Assembly: GCA_964016885.1 (NCBI GenBank)
Contig: OZ024743.1
Coordinates: 231,508,001-231,572,000 of the forward strand
From: Eledone cirrhosa
Lineage: Eukaryota
Reading direction: 5' to 3'
DNA: 64,000 nucleotides
Every line of letters begins with the position of its first letter. Positions within the stretch are counted from its first letter, which is position 1. The notes below the pieces were generated by a model. It was not told the DNA's origin. It made no database searches and was given only the letters and a program-made list of their open reading frames with translations. Both the position numbers and the translations under genes were made by a program. This document shows, one piece after another, positions 41,310-54,932 of this stretch.

Positions 41310-42016
41310 GGTGCAACATAACAACAATCATCATCATCAACGCCACCGCCACATGCACCAATACATCTCCTTTTCCTGCTCATCATCATCCACAGTACCA
41401 TTATATCTGTTTCATCCACTACCAAAATAATTATATTTTTTATGAAGTTTCTCTATCAATATGTCCTTCATCTTCAACTGTGTCAACATCGCTGTCTACA
41501 CCCAAGGAATATTAATCAGCATCATCAAAAATGTCCAGCCCATCAAAACTATTCCAATCATCACCTCCTCATCATCACCACCAACACCAGCAACACCAGC
41601 AACACCGCTAACAACATCACAGCCAAAGATACCACAACCAACAATACCAATACTAACACTAACACGAACAACATAAACAAACACATCATCATCATCGTTA
41701 TTGTCACAACCACCAATATCATCAATATTATCACTACCATCATCCTCATTACTATCATCACCGCAACCAACATCATCAACTATGACACGACCACCAGCAG
41801 CTCTAAGGCTAACTCTACAAACACAACCACTAGCTACACCAGCGCTAACACCACCTACACCACCATAACCAACAAAACAAGACCCACAGCAAGACAGTCC
41901 TAAACGTAATAACTACCATCAACACCACAATACTAGGATCATCATCACCATCATAATAATCATCATCGTCACCATCAATATCATCAGCGTGATCCTCATC
42001 ATCACCATCCTCATAC

Positions 42017-42047
<31 letters not shown>

Positions 42048-42209
42048 TATCTTCAACCCCTTCTTCTACATCCGCCTCTTTCCCCACCCATTCTCCTCTT
42101 CCTCCTCCTCCTCCTCATCATCATCATTATCATCACCATCATCATCGTCATGATCATCCTTAACTTCATCCTCATCTTCTACTTCATCTTCTAACTCCTC
42201 CTCCTCCTC

Positions 42210-42244
<35 letters not shown>

Positions 42245-42420
42245 TATCATCACCATCATCATCGTCATGACCATCCTTAACTTCATCCTCATCTTCTACT
42301 TCATCTTCTACCCCCTCCTCCTCCTCCTCACCCATCATCATCATCGCCCTCATCATCATAATCTTCACTGTCGTTATAATATTCATCGCTATAATCGTCA
42401 TCATCAACATCGACAGCTGG
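41310..42420. repeat. Degenerate (CAT/CAC/CAA/CCT)n low-complexity region including an about 120-bp tandem duplication (42100-42340)
   Basis: Directly visible. Confidence 0.85.
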
Positions 42421-42428
42421 ATATTTTT

Positions 42429-43352
42429 CATCGCCTCCATCGCCTCCATCGCCTCCATCGCCTCCATCGGCCCCATCGCCACCATCGCCTCCATCGCCTC
42501 CATCGCCACCATCGCCACCATCGCCTCCATCGCCTCCATCGCCACCATCGCCTCCATCGCCACCATCGCCTCCATCGCCACCATCGCCTCCATCACCACC
42601 ATCGCCTCCATCGCCTCCATCGCCTCCATCGCCACCATCGCCACCATCGCCTCCATCGCCTCCATCGCCACCATCGCCTCCATCGCCTCCATCGCCACCA
42701 TCGCCTCCATCGCCACCATCGCCTCCATCGCCTCCATCACCTCCATCGCCACCATCGCCTCCATCGCCTCCATCGCCACCATCGCCTCCATCGCCTCCAT
42801 CGCCACCATCGCCTCCATCGCCTCCATCACCTCCATCGCCTCCATCGCCTCCATCGCCACCATCGCCTCCATCGCCACCGTCGCCTCCATCGCCACCATC
42901 GCCTCCATCACCACCATCGCCTCCATCGCCACCATCGCCTCCATCGCCACCATCGCCACCATCGCCTCCATCGCCACCATCGCCTCCATCGCCTCCATCA
43001 CCTCCATCGCCACCATCGCCTCCATCGCCTCCATCGCCTCCATCACCCACATCACCACCATCGCCTCCATCGCCTCCATCGCCACCATCGCCACCATCGC
43101 CTCCATCGCCACCATCGCCTCCATCGCCACCATCGCCTCCATCACCACCATCGCCACCATCGCCTCCATCGCCTCCATCGCCACCATCGCCTCCATCGCC
43201 ACCATCGCCTCCATCGCCACTATCGCCTCCATCGCCTCCATCGCCACCATCGCCTCCATCGCCTCCATCGCCACCATCGCCTCCATCGCCTCCATCACCC
43301 ACATCGCTTCCATCGCCTCCATCGCCACCATCGCCACCATCGCCACCATCGT
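42429..43352. repeat. 9-bp minisatellite ATCGCC(T/A)CC, about 100 copies; minus strand reads (Gly-Gly-Asp)n
   Basis: Directly visible; ORF 42328-43410(-). Confidence 0.95.
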
Positions 43353-43480
43353 CATTCAGATTCTCTACATCCTTCTCATCATCATCATCATCATTATCAT
43401 CTTCGTTCATTTCTCTTTATATTTTACCCGTAACTCTTCTGCACTTCACTTCAGTAAACAAACGTATCGTCAACAAAACA

Positions 43481-43533
<53 letters not shown>

Positions 43534-43548
43534 CAATATTATATATAT

Positions 43549-43594
<46 letters not shown>

Positions 43595-43597
43595 GAA

Positions 43598-43637
<40 letters not shown>

Positions 43638-43778
43638 TACATATGTGTATATATATATATATATATACACATATATATATAAATACATAAATATATATCT
43701 ACACACACTCACGTATATGTACAGTATACATATATATATATATATATATACATTTATATATATATATATATACATGAA

Positions 43779-43818
<40 letters not shown>

Positions 43819-43867
43819 TATGTATATATATACACATATATATATAAATACATAAATATATATATAA

Positions 43868-43951
<84 letters not shown>

Positions 43952-44339
43952 TCACGTATATGCACTGTATATATATATATATATATAGCAGTGAAGACAT
44001 ATATTGTGAGAGAAACGTAAATAATATAAGAGAAGTAAAATAAAAATGCTGATAATGGACCCTCTTTAAAAACACAATTTTGTATTCTGCAAGGCAAACA
44101 ATTGAATAAATTTAATTAGCAATCACTGCTTTTGGGTATATATTTCATTCTGCTCTCCCTAAATCCCTTCCTCTCTTCTCAATATGCATCTAAATAGAAA
44201 ATATGAATATACAATACACACACATACACAATATGTATACACATATATATATATATATATTATATTTTAAACATACATACACACACACTCACAATAACAC
44301 ACATATATATAAACACACACACACATACACACACGCGCA

Positions 44340-44445
<106 letters not shown>

Positions 44446-44927
44446 AATGAAGGAAGGATAAATCACGACATACATGTTATCATAAACTACGTATAGCTTT
44501 TTCTCATATGGACATTATTATGTTTCTGGCACATAAGAACATCTAAAAAAGTAGAGAAAATCATGTATAATGACTTCATTACTGGGGCACTTAGAAAGAT
44601 ATTTCGTTGAAATCCCTGAGTTTTTATACAGTATATTAAAGGAAACCATGAGATATTATAAACAAATATTAAATTTACAATTCAATTCAAAATTATTATG
44701 CATTTTACTAATTTGCTTCAGAAAATTTCTGATTCAAATTTTCTGCTGCAGAAACCGTTATAACTTCAAATATTCGTCAAATAAATCAATGTCGTACTTT
44801 CTCGAAAATCTCTGAGAAGAGATCCATACACATAGTATAAAAATGTATTATATATCTGTGCGCGAGTGATAACGATTTTGCCTGAGAATGTGCGTGCATG
44901 TGTGTATTATATGGATGTAACATATGT

Positions 44928-45108
44928 TGGCAGTATCGGTACAGAGTCTGACACCATGCTTTGAAGCATATAATTACGTCCCTTTATGATCTGAGTTCAA
45001 ATCCCGCCGAGGTTAACTTTGCCTTTCATCCTTACGGGGTCAATAAAATAAAGTACCAGTAATGTACTGGGTAATTGCTGGGTTTGTGCCAAAAATAGAA
45101 ATAATTAT
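44928..45108 (+). mobile_element. tRNA-derived SINE
   Basis: Same family as 22818-22995. Confidence 0.85.
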
Positions 45109-45205
45109 ATGTTCATATATATATATACGAGTATGACTTCCCATATTTTCTCTTACTATCTATTTCCCTCTCAATCTATCTCTCCCCTTTTCTTTCTTTA
45201 TATAC

Positions 45206-45305
<100 letters not shown>

Positions 45306-45313
45306 ATATACAT

Positions 45314-45378
<65 letters not shown>

Positions 45379-45385
45379 GATATAT

Positions 45386-45422
<37 letters not shown>

Positions 45423-45434
45423 TATAGAGAGAGA

Positions 45435-45540
45435 GTGGTAAGAGCATTGGATTCGCAATCGTGAGATTTAGAGATCGATTCCTAGCACGGGGGATGCGTT
45501 ATTTCATTGAGCAAGACACTTTATTTCACGTTGTTCCTTC
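45435..45540 (+). mobile_element. tRNA-derived SINE 5' half
   Basis: ggtaagagcattggattcgcaatcgtgag..ttgagcaagacactttatttcac. Confidence 0.55.
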
Positions 45541-45669
45541 TACCCGGATTTGCGACCGATAGAGAGTATTAGCAAAGACGAAAGACGAAAGGAAACATTT
45601 CTTTCGTCCGATTTGACGAAAGTCGATCGACTCTCGATATATATATGTATGTATATATATATATAAATA

Positions 45670-45942
<273 letters not shown>

Positions 45943-46989
45943 TACGTGGTGCATATATGTATGCATATTGTGTCTATGTATATGTTTGCGTGTGTGGGTG
46001 TGGGTGTACATTCATGTATATGTGTGCATTTTTCCATACATAGAGACCGATTTAAAATACAGAGTTTATCATTATTTCTATGGTCGTGGTATTCATTGAA
46101 GAACGTTTGAATGTTCTATTTTATAGGTCGGCCTTGCTGTACTGGCCAATAAAAATACCTTCATAGGCAACATCGTTTAACAGGTCATATGTAAAACCGA
46201 AAGGAACCATGTCCATCCTGATGATCACAGTATCGAAGTGCCTGAAACATTTGACGCACGATAAAACTATTCCGTGCACATATACAAACCTACCTACATG
46301 CATACAAAAATACATTCTTACATAACTATCGACATGCATACATATATACATACATATCCAACATACATACATATCGATCTACCTACATACATACATGCAA
46401 ACATATATATATGCTTCTTATATTCTCAGACATGGCATCTTTAATCTAATTTTGGTAGCACATATATACATACATATCTACTTAACTATATATATATACA
46501 TTGAAACCTACCTTCATACCTTCAAACCGAAAAACATACATACCTAATGAAAGACATACACACATATACACCTATCTATCTACCTACATACCTACATCCA
46601 TATATACACACCATCTACCCACCTACTAACCTGCGTACATAAATACATACATGCACACATACATACATACATGATGACGGCTGCCCCCTCGTTAACGAGT
46701 ATGGCCATTGCACGATATACCATTATTAATAGTTATCAAGTAATTCTATCGTGCAATGCCTGTGCGTGAAGATTTTGTTTAAGTGAGGAAATACTATGCA
46801 CTGAACCAATCCAACTCTCTGAGCGACAGTAGCTATAACCTGAAAAGAAGAAATGATCAACATCAGCAGTAACTACTGAGCCGCAGGTTTTATGTTGGAG
46901 TTATCCCAGTTTCCTGAGTTGCCTTCTAGAAGAACGCCTTGACAAAGTCTAGGGATCTTTCACTCCCAGTGGTTTAAGCCCGCGATCGG

Positions 46990-47082
<93 letters not shown>

Positions 47083-47304
47083 TTTCGTATCGTGAGAGAA
47101 TGGATGTTTAAAAGGATAAGCGATACATATAGTTAATTGCCAAAAGCTGGTGCATTTGTGCTCAATACTTGTGCCTACAGGGTTAAATATCGGAAGCGTT
47201 AATATTTAGCAGGTGAGAATATAAGCAGAGAAACGTTACAAATGAAAGGATTACAAAGGAGAATACATACTGTTAGAACATGTTTATACAAAAGCACCTA
47301 TGTA

Positions 47305-48100
47305 CCTAATCTAGCAGACATCATAGGGATAACTAATTACAGTAAGCTCACCAAAGCACGGCACCATAGCATCGATACGTCTAGACTTGACAGCAACCCT
47401 AATAGCCTTAACGTTTCCCTAGCAGCACCCGACAGTGTTGGCAGCAGCTCCAACAGACGCAACCGAGATAACCGCGGCGCACTCGGGAGCATGCTGATGA
47501 CCTGTACGGGTCACGAGGCGGCAACAGAAGGCGCTGTGGCGGGCGGAGTGATAATGGTACTACCCCACTCGCAATAGGATATAATAGTACTAACTACAGA
47601 GATAGTGGCGTTGGCGTGGATAATAACATAGGTAGCGATAGTAATGGCCTTACTTCGGGCAGTAGGAGCCACCGTAGCAGCAGCGACCGCGACCGACAAT
47701 GCTGTGCGCTCAGGGGAAGTTGCCTGACAGATAATGTTATTTATAGGTGCACCATTACTACCATAATAGCGTCAAGCATTATATAGGTGCCACCTCTGGC
47801 TCGTTCAAAACTAGATTTCGAACACATCTCCACTCTTTTAGAAACAAAAGTTAAGATACTCCACATCACTCGCCAACTACATCACAACATTAAAAGACTC
47901 CAACATTAGCGTCTCCACATACTGTAAATTGTCAGCAGGGCAACACCGTACAACTTCAAGAAGTGCGAGCTCTTCCTAATGGAACTTTACCATATTATAA
48001 TAGCACCCCTAGAGCTCATCAACAGCAGAGCAGAATCTGTGATAAACTGCAGACAGAGATTACAGCAGTCATTCCATGGTTGGACCCCGGTTGGGACCTG
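47305..48100 (+). pseudogene. PLE linker plus GIY-YIG pseudogene (not recovered as a single ORF in the track)
   Basis: CALRGSCLTDNVIYRC..HYIGATSGSFKTRFRTH..STSLANY..KCEL..E..LINSRAE...NC, across frameshifts. Confidence 0.8.
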
Positions 48101-48424
48101 AAAACTATAAACTGGGTACCCCTGCACCAAACCATAACGCGCCGGTGGTTAGTTTGCTTAACTAAAAATCTGTACACCAACTGCCTCTCAGATCCGGCCT
48201 GACTGGGTAACAGCAAAGTAGCACCCATAAAATAGTAATGGAAAACAACCATTCAGCGAACGGATAATAAGCCATTTGGGGACATTTATTCAAACACCGG
48301 CCAGAGTTACTCCCCTTTCTCGGTGACAATAACAACATGTCTGTTTGAATCAAGAATGAACTTTCATGTGACTATCACTTAAAAACCCTTCTGGGTCCTG
48401 TACTGAACACTCTCTAGACTTGTA

Positions 48425-48466
48425 TGCCCTTGAGAAGCCCTGTTCGGGCGAAACATACGTAGGTGC
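48425..48466 (+). ncRNA. Minimal hammerhead motif with U3-A8 core
   Basis: tgccc TTGAGAA gccc-tgttc-gggc GAAA catacg TA ggtgc; stem I imperfect. Confidence 0.6.
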
Positions 48467-48516
48467 TTTTGTATAAACATGTTCTAACAGTATGTATTCT
48501 CCTTTGTAATCCTTTC

Positions 48517-48632
<116 letters not shown>

Positions 48633-49446
48633 AGGGTGTTAAAGTTTGCTTTAAGCATTGTGAAAAGTGTAAAATACGTATTTAAGAAAGCCACAACAAT
48701 GCAGAGGGAAATCTCGAGGTAGGAAGTGAAAGATAGATAGGAAAAACAGGTGAAAGTGAAAATTGAGAGAGACAAAGATGAAAACAAAACAAAGGTAGAA
48801 GGGTTACCGTAGTAGAGATTTAATCCCAATATTTCGGGCTCACGCCCATCAACGGGGGAAAGTTCCAAAAGGGGGGGAACAGGCCAAGCGGAGAAAGTTG
48901 TGATGTCGTTAAGACAGGAATGCCGTTATGGGGAGAAAATTATTTAAAATTTAAACGAGGGAAAGAGTGCGCGTGATAGGCTGTGGCAAAAGCTACTGAC
49001 CAAAAGGATTAAATCAAGAGGGTGCGCTAGCGTGTGAAAGCCGTAAGATATGTGTGTGTAAATATATATGTGTGTGTAACTGTGTGTGTATAAGTGTAAG
49101 TGTGTATATGTGTGAGTGTGTGTGTGTGTGAAAGATAGTGGGCTGTAGAAGTTGGAAATCAAAGGGTGTGAAAGGTGGTAGGTTGTAAAATATGTGTGCG
49201 TGTATAAATATAGATGTGTGTGTGTAAGCGTATGGGTATACATGTGTGTGTATATGTGTGAGTGCGTTTGTGTGTGAAAGAAAGTGGGCTGTAGAAGCTG
49301 GAAATCAAAAGGTGTGAAAGGTGGTAGGTTGTAAAAACATGTGTGCGTGTATAAATATAGATGTGTGTGTGTGTATGCGTATGGGTATGCATATACGTGC
49401 GTGTGTGTGAAGATAGCAGGCCGTAGGCTGTGAATGGTCACTATGG

Positions 49447-50154
49447 TTAAGTTAGCCATGTCAGCTCATTTCTCTCAGCCCGGTTGTTAAGTGGGGGTCT
49501 GAGGTTCTTAATAACAAGTGATTCCTTTATCCTTAAGGATCCGATGCTGCGTTCAGTCGCTAGGACTGTGACCATGGGTCTACCCTGTGGGTTTCCGCAT
49601 TTAAGGATGTGTTTACGGAAGGAAGATGCGTTGGTGTTGATATGTTCCTTGATACGAACATGTAGGGGTCGGATGGTGCTACCTATGTAAAACTTGTTAC
49701 ATTTATCGCATTGAATCTTATATACGACATAGGTGCGTAGGCAATCTGCCCCCCGTATCGGGCAGTTGCTGAGGGAACACGTCCCATCTGACTCGTCGGG
49801 TTTGTTGGAGAGGCATATTCGCAGCGAAGGTCCTGTGTGGGCCAAATGTATGTCAAGTCCCTCCGTCCGTATGGCCCTGCGGATGGCGTTCGTGGTATAT
49901 TCACTCAGGTGGGGGATTTTAAAGAAGCACCTGCTATTATTTAGTTTTCTAGTGGGTGTCTGTCTATTGGGTCTGGGGACTCTAATTCTGTTAATCAGTC
50001 GCTTGGGGTAACCATTAGATCTGAGTAGATTACGGAATTGCGTGGTATGGGTGAGACCACCCATCGGGTCGCTGCATCTGTTAGTGATCCGTGTCAGTTC
50101 ATTTAGGACATAGCCTCTCTTAGCGTTGTTGGGGAGGGCTGAGTTATAATGCAC
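49447..50154 (-). pseudogene. Inverted duplicate of the PLE thumb/GIY-YIG region
   Basis: 235 aa, differing at 6 residues from the plus-strand copy. Confidence 0.9.
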
Positions 50155-50201
50155 AAATAAGTCCTTGCACGCTGGACAACGGTTATGCCTTCAGTCTTGA
50201 T

Positions 50202-51455
50202 GTGGTCGCATCGGACAACGGTTATGCCTTCAGTCTTGATGTGGTCGCCCTTTATACCTCCGTACCAGCATCCCCAGCTGTCGACCTGTTGACCGAACGA
50301 GTCCGAGCATCTAACTTACACTGCTTCGGACTCACACACACGGACATCCACCAACTGCTCTCCTTCGTTGTGGATAATGCACTCTCCAATTTCCTCGGCC
50401 ACACGTACAAACAAATCTCTGGGCTACCTATGGGCTCTAGTCTGTCCGGCATACTTGCGATCTCGTACATGGACCACCTGGAACGCAAGGCACTCAATAC
50501 CTGCCAACCCAACGCCGTCGCCTTCTACTCCAGATACGTTGATGATACCCTGATACTTACTTCTTCCCGGGAGATGGCGAATGAAATTCACCAAATCTTC
50601 AACGATACTGACTATCACGTCGATTTCACCATCGAACACCCAGGAGAAGACGGGTCACTCGCCCTCCTCGACTTCCGTATCAACATCTCGGAAGAAGGAG
50701 ACATAAACACCACCTTCTACCGCAAAGCAGCGTGCAAGGACTTATTTGTGCATTATAACTCAGCCCTCCCCAACAACGCTAAGAGAAGCTATGTCCTAAA
50801 TGAACTGACACGGATCACTAACAGATGCAACGACCCGATGGGTGGTCTCACCCATACCACGCAATTCCGTAATCTACTCAGATCTAATGGTTACCCCAAG
50901 CGACTGATTAACGGAATTAGAGACCCCAGACCCAATAGACAGACACCCACTAGAAAACTAAATAATAGCAGGTGCTTCTTTAAAATCCCCCACCTGAGTG
51001 AATATACCACGAACGCCATCCGCAGGGCCATACGGACGGAGGGACTTGACATACATTTGGCCCACACAGGACCTTCGCTGCGAAGATGCCTCTCCAACAA
51101 ACCCGACGAGTCAGATGGGACGTGTTCCCTCAGCAACTGCCCGATACGGGGGGCAGATTGCCTACGCACCTATGTCGTATATAAGATTCAATGCGATAAA
51201 TGTAACAAGTTTTACATAGGTAGCACCATCCGACCCCTACATGTTCGTATCAAGGAACATATCAACACCAACGCATCTTCCTTCCGTAAACACATCCTTA
51301 AATGCGGAAACCCACAGGGTAGACCCATGGTCACAGTCCTAGCGACTGAACGCAGCATCGGATCCTTAAGGATAAAGGAAGCACTTGTTATTAAGAACCT
51401 CAGACCCCCACTTAACAACCGGGCTGAGAGAAATGAGCTGACATGGCTAACTTAA
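50202..51455 (+). CDS. PLE RT-GIY-YIG polyprotein, N-terminally truncated but uninterrupted
   Basis: SLDVVALYTSVP, YKQISGLPMGSSLS, RYVDD, LALLD, FYRK, VVYKIQCDKC..FYIGST.R.L..RIKEH, E..I....PPLN. Confidence 0.92.
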   Translation: MVASDNGYAFSLDVVALYTSVPASPAVDLLTERVRASNLHCFGLTHTDIHQLLSFVVDNALSNFLGHTYKQISGLPMGSSLSGILAISYMDHLERKALNTCQPNAVAFYSRYVDDTLILTSSREMANEIHQIFNDTDYHVDFTIEHPGEDGSLALLDFRINISEEGDINTTFYRKAACKDLFVHYNSALPNNAKRSYVLNELTRITNRCNDPMGGLTHTTQFRNLLRSNGYPKRLINGIRDPRPNRQTPTRKLNNSRCFFKIPHLSEYTTNAIRRAIRTEGLDIHLAHTGPSLRRCLSNKPDESDGTCSLSNCPIRGADCLRTYVVYKIQCDKCNKFYIGSTIRPLHVRIKEHINTNASSFRKHILKCGNPQGRPMVTVLATERSIGSLRIKEALVIKNLRPPLNNRAERNELTWLT

Positions 51456-52227
51456 CCATAGTGACCATTCACAGCCTACGGCCTGCTATCTTCACACACA
51501 CGCACGTATATGCATACCCATACGCATACACACACACACATCTATATTTATACACGCACACATGTTTTTACAACCTACCACCTTTCACACCTTTTGATTT
51601 CCAGCTTCTACAGCCCACTTTCTTTCACACACAAACGCACTCACACATATACACACACATGTATACCCATACGCTTACACACACACATCTATATTTATAC
51701 ACGCACACATATTTTACAATCTACCACCTTTCACACCCTTTGATTTCCAACTTCTACAGCCCACTATCTTTCACACACACACACACTCACACATATACAC
51801 ACTTACACTTATACACACACAGTTACACACACATATATATTTACACACACATATCTTACGGCTTTCACACGCTAGCGCACCCTCTTGATTTAATCCATTT
51901 GGTCAGTAGCTTTTGCCACAGCCTATCACGCGCACTCTTTCCCTCGTTTAAATTTTAAATAATTTTCTCCCCATAACGGCATTCCTGTCTTAACGACATC
52001 ACAACTTTCTCCGCTTGGCCTCTTCCCCCCCCCTTTTGGAACTTTCCCCCGTTGATGGGCGTGAGCCCGAAATATTGGGATTAAATCTCTACTACGGTAA
52101 CCCTTCTACCTTTGTTTTGTTTTCCTCTTTGTCTCTCTCAATTTTCACTTTCACCTGTTTTTCCTATCTATCTTTCACTTCCTACCTCGAGATTTCCCTC
52201 TGCATTGTTGTGGCTTTCTTAAATACG

Positions 52228-52289
<62 letters not shown>

Positions 52290-52430
52290 GGAATAGAATG
52301 AAACGAAATTTCATTTCTCACTCTTAGTACGGCACTTACTCACTCGATATACAAATTGGGCTGCTCAGCCGTTAATTTTCATAAGGAAAGTATATACTTT
52401 CGGACGTTCAACCATCTGGCAGAAAGGTAT

Positions 52431-52473
52431 ACGGTGCTGACGATAGCTAATAAGCTTGAAACTAGTACATCGT
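52431..52473 (+). ncRNA. Minimal type I hammerhead ribozyme
   Basis: acggtg CTGACGA tagct-aata-agctt GAAA ctag TA catcgt. Confidence 0.8.
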
Positions 52474-52872
52474 TCCTGTGTCAGTGTTGAACAAAAAGGT
52501 GACGTGGTTGCCTAAACACTGTACGGCGTAATTCAGGCTGTTTGTTTGTTTACAAACGAACAAACCGAGCATTATAATAAATGTTCGGTAAACTGATACG
52601 TGCATATATATATGTGTGCATGTATGTATATATATACATGCTACTGTACGTCTGTATACATATGTGTATGTACGTATACATACATACTTACATTTAAGTA
52701 AGTGCCGTACTAAGAGTGAGAAATGAAATTTCGTTTCATTCTATTCCATTTATCGTTTTCGGTGCGCCTGGCCGACTGAACTCACTCGATATGCAAATTG
52801 GGCTGCTCAGCCGTTAATTTTCATAAGGAAAGTATATACTTTCGGACGTTCAACCATCTGGCAGAAAGGTAT

Positions 52873-52915
52873 ACGGTGCTGACGATAGCTAATAAGCTTG
52901 AAACTAGTACATCGT
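52873..52915 (+). ncRNA. Minimal type I hammerhead ribozyme, second copy
   Basis: Identical to 52431-52473. Confidence 0.8.
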
Positions 52916-53158
52916 TCCTGTGTCAGTGTTGAACAAAAAGGTGACGTGGTTGCCTAAACACTGTACGGCGTAATTCAGGCTGTTTGTTTGTTTACAAACG
53001 AACAAACCGAGCATTATAATAAATGTTCGGTAAACTGATACGTGCATATATATATGTGTGCATGTATGTATATATATACATGCTACTGTACGTCTGTATA
53101 CATATATGTATGTACGTATACATACATACTTACATATATATATATATATATATATATG

Positions 53159-53995
53159 TGTTTTCTGACCGCTCATGAAATTCACCCAGCTTACGCTGAC
53201 CGGATAACCACCATATTGCTTGCTGTTTTCCTACCTTAGGTTTGCTTTACTTCTATGTTGTTTACTTGTCTCACTCGCTTTACGCGATTCACTTATCCCA
53301 ATAGTTTATTTTAGTTATTGCTCGCACCAACCTGAGCTATCTGATTTTTAATGCGATGAAATACCAATGATGGTTGGCAAATCACTGATGAGGGACTAAT
53401 TTTATAATATGTAACCCATGTGCAACCACGCAGTATTCCTCTTTCTTCCCATGTTTTTCATATATATTTACCACGACTGCGATTATCTGTTTCTCTCTTT
53501 CTCTCTTACTGCTTCCCCGTTCTCTCTGTTTCTCTCACCTTCTTTCGCCCCCTCTGTCAGTTACACTTTCTCTCGACTGTCCTCTTCCTCGCACTTCCAC
53601 TCACTCACTCTCTGTTTCTCCCCTTCTCCCTTCCTCCCGTTCGTTAGTAGTGGGGATCCTTCTTTCTCACACCTCATTCACGGCGGGTGGTCTGTTTTCT
53701 GACCGCTCATGAAATTCACCCAGCTCACGTTGACCGGATAACCAACATGTTGCTTGCTGTTTTCCTACCTTCGGTTTGCTTTCCTTCTATGTTTTTTACT
53801 TGTCTCACTCGCTTTACGCGATTCACTTGTCCCAATAGCTTATTTTAGTTAATGCTCGCACCAACCTGAGGTATCTGATTTTTAATGCGATGAAATACCA
53901 ATGATGGTTGGCAAATCACTGATGAGGGACTAATTTTATAATATGTAACCAATGTGCAACCATGCAGTATTCCTCTTTCTTCCCATGTTTTTCAT
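53159..53995 (+). repeat. 534-bp-period tandem repeat (about 1.6 units) between (TA)n tracts; pLTR-like
   Basis: 53159-53462 is repeated at 53693-53995. Confidence 0.8.
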
Positions 53996-54047
53996 ATATA
54001 TATATATATATATATATGCATATATATATGCATATATATATATATGT

Positions 54048-54780
54048 AAAAGGTAAACAGAAATAACAACACAATCGGTACTGTAAATGGAAGGGATATA
54101 TTAGTTTAACGCTTGATAGAGCAGAAGAGGGTCTTAACGTTTCGAACGTCAGAAGAAAGATTGAGAAATAAGATAGATTGACACACAAAAACAAGATTGC
54201 GTAGGATAGAACAAAGGAGGGGCACAAAACAAATAAAAGAATACCCATTGTGTGACGAAAGCACTTTCACAATATATGAACAACCATCAGGTTGTGGAAC
54301 CAACCAACCAACCAGCCGGACATTTATTCATACATTTTTAAATATAAAATTTATAATTTAATTCATAATAAATTCGAGTGGAACTATCATCCATGATTTC
54401 AGCAAACAGGAGGAGTAGTTGGCTTTGATAAGCATCAATAAATGCGAAACAAGACCTTGTCAGCTTTATCTCTTCGTGGAATCGAGACGTATTCGTGGAC
54501 CGCGCGATTTCAGTCAGGTTTGATGACCATATCGATCGTACTTCGAGCTGGTCGCCCGAGAATCAATTTTACTATGTCCAATAAATTCCTTTCGTCGCAA
54601 CACTGATTCTCTTTTTTCTGTGATATATATATATATAAGGTAAACAGAAATAACAACACAATCGGTACAGTATATAGAAGGGATATATTAGGTTGACGCT
54701 TGATAAAGCAGGAAGAGGGTTCTACCGTTTCGGACGCTAGTTCTTCATCAGAAGAAAGAATGAGAAATAAGATAGATTGA
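54048..54780 (-). mobile_element. Two pLTR fragments (54048-54180, 54637-54780) with a decayed hammerhead at 54720-54754; third fragment at 30343-30437 (+)
   Basis: Shared aggtaaacagaaataacaacacaatcggtac; reverse complement ttc-t-CTGATGA-agaactagcgtcc-GAAA-cgg-TA-gaa. Confidence 0.6.
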
Positions 54781-54835
54781 GGGGACGGGCGGGTTGGGAT
54801 TGGAAAAAATATCTTATATATTATATGTGTGTGTA

Positions 54836-54932
<97 letters not shown>

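Larger units (their letters stand above)
52287..53135 (+). mobile_element. 442-bp non-coding tandem repeat (about 1.8 units) with 5' inversion and one hammerhead per unit
   Basis: Units at 52338 and 52780; 52287-52340 is inverted to 52697-52752; fragments also at 31920-32050 and 61737-61990; (TA)n flanks. Confidence 0.85.

Noticed and set aside
42429-43352. CRISPR-like or information-coding array
   Set aside because: No unique spacers and no cas genes; eukaryotic context; the T/A pattern fits ordinary minisatellite turnover.
42267-43433. His/Arg-rich 388-aa plus-strand ORF and (MEA/MVA)n minus-strand ORF
   Set aside because: Alternative frames of the 9-bp minisatellite; unit variants are non-synonymous in these frames.
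49447-51455. A-to-I editing footprint between the inverted arms
   Set aside because: Only three of the six amino-acid-changing differences are A/G; the rest are transversions, consistent with ordinary mutation.
52046-52080. Hammerhead in the pLTR of the 48.6-52.2 kb element (gggc-gtga-gccc GAAA tat)
   Set aside because: Stem II and GAAA are present, but the upstream core (cgttgat) does not fit CUGANGA or UUGANAA in either arm.
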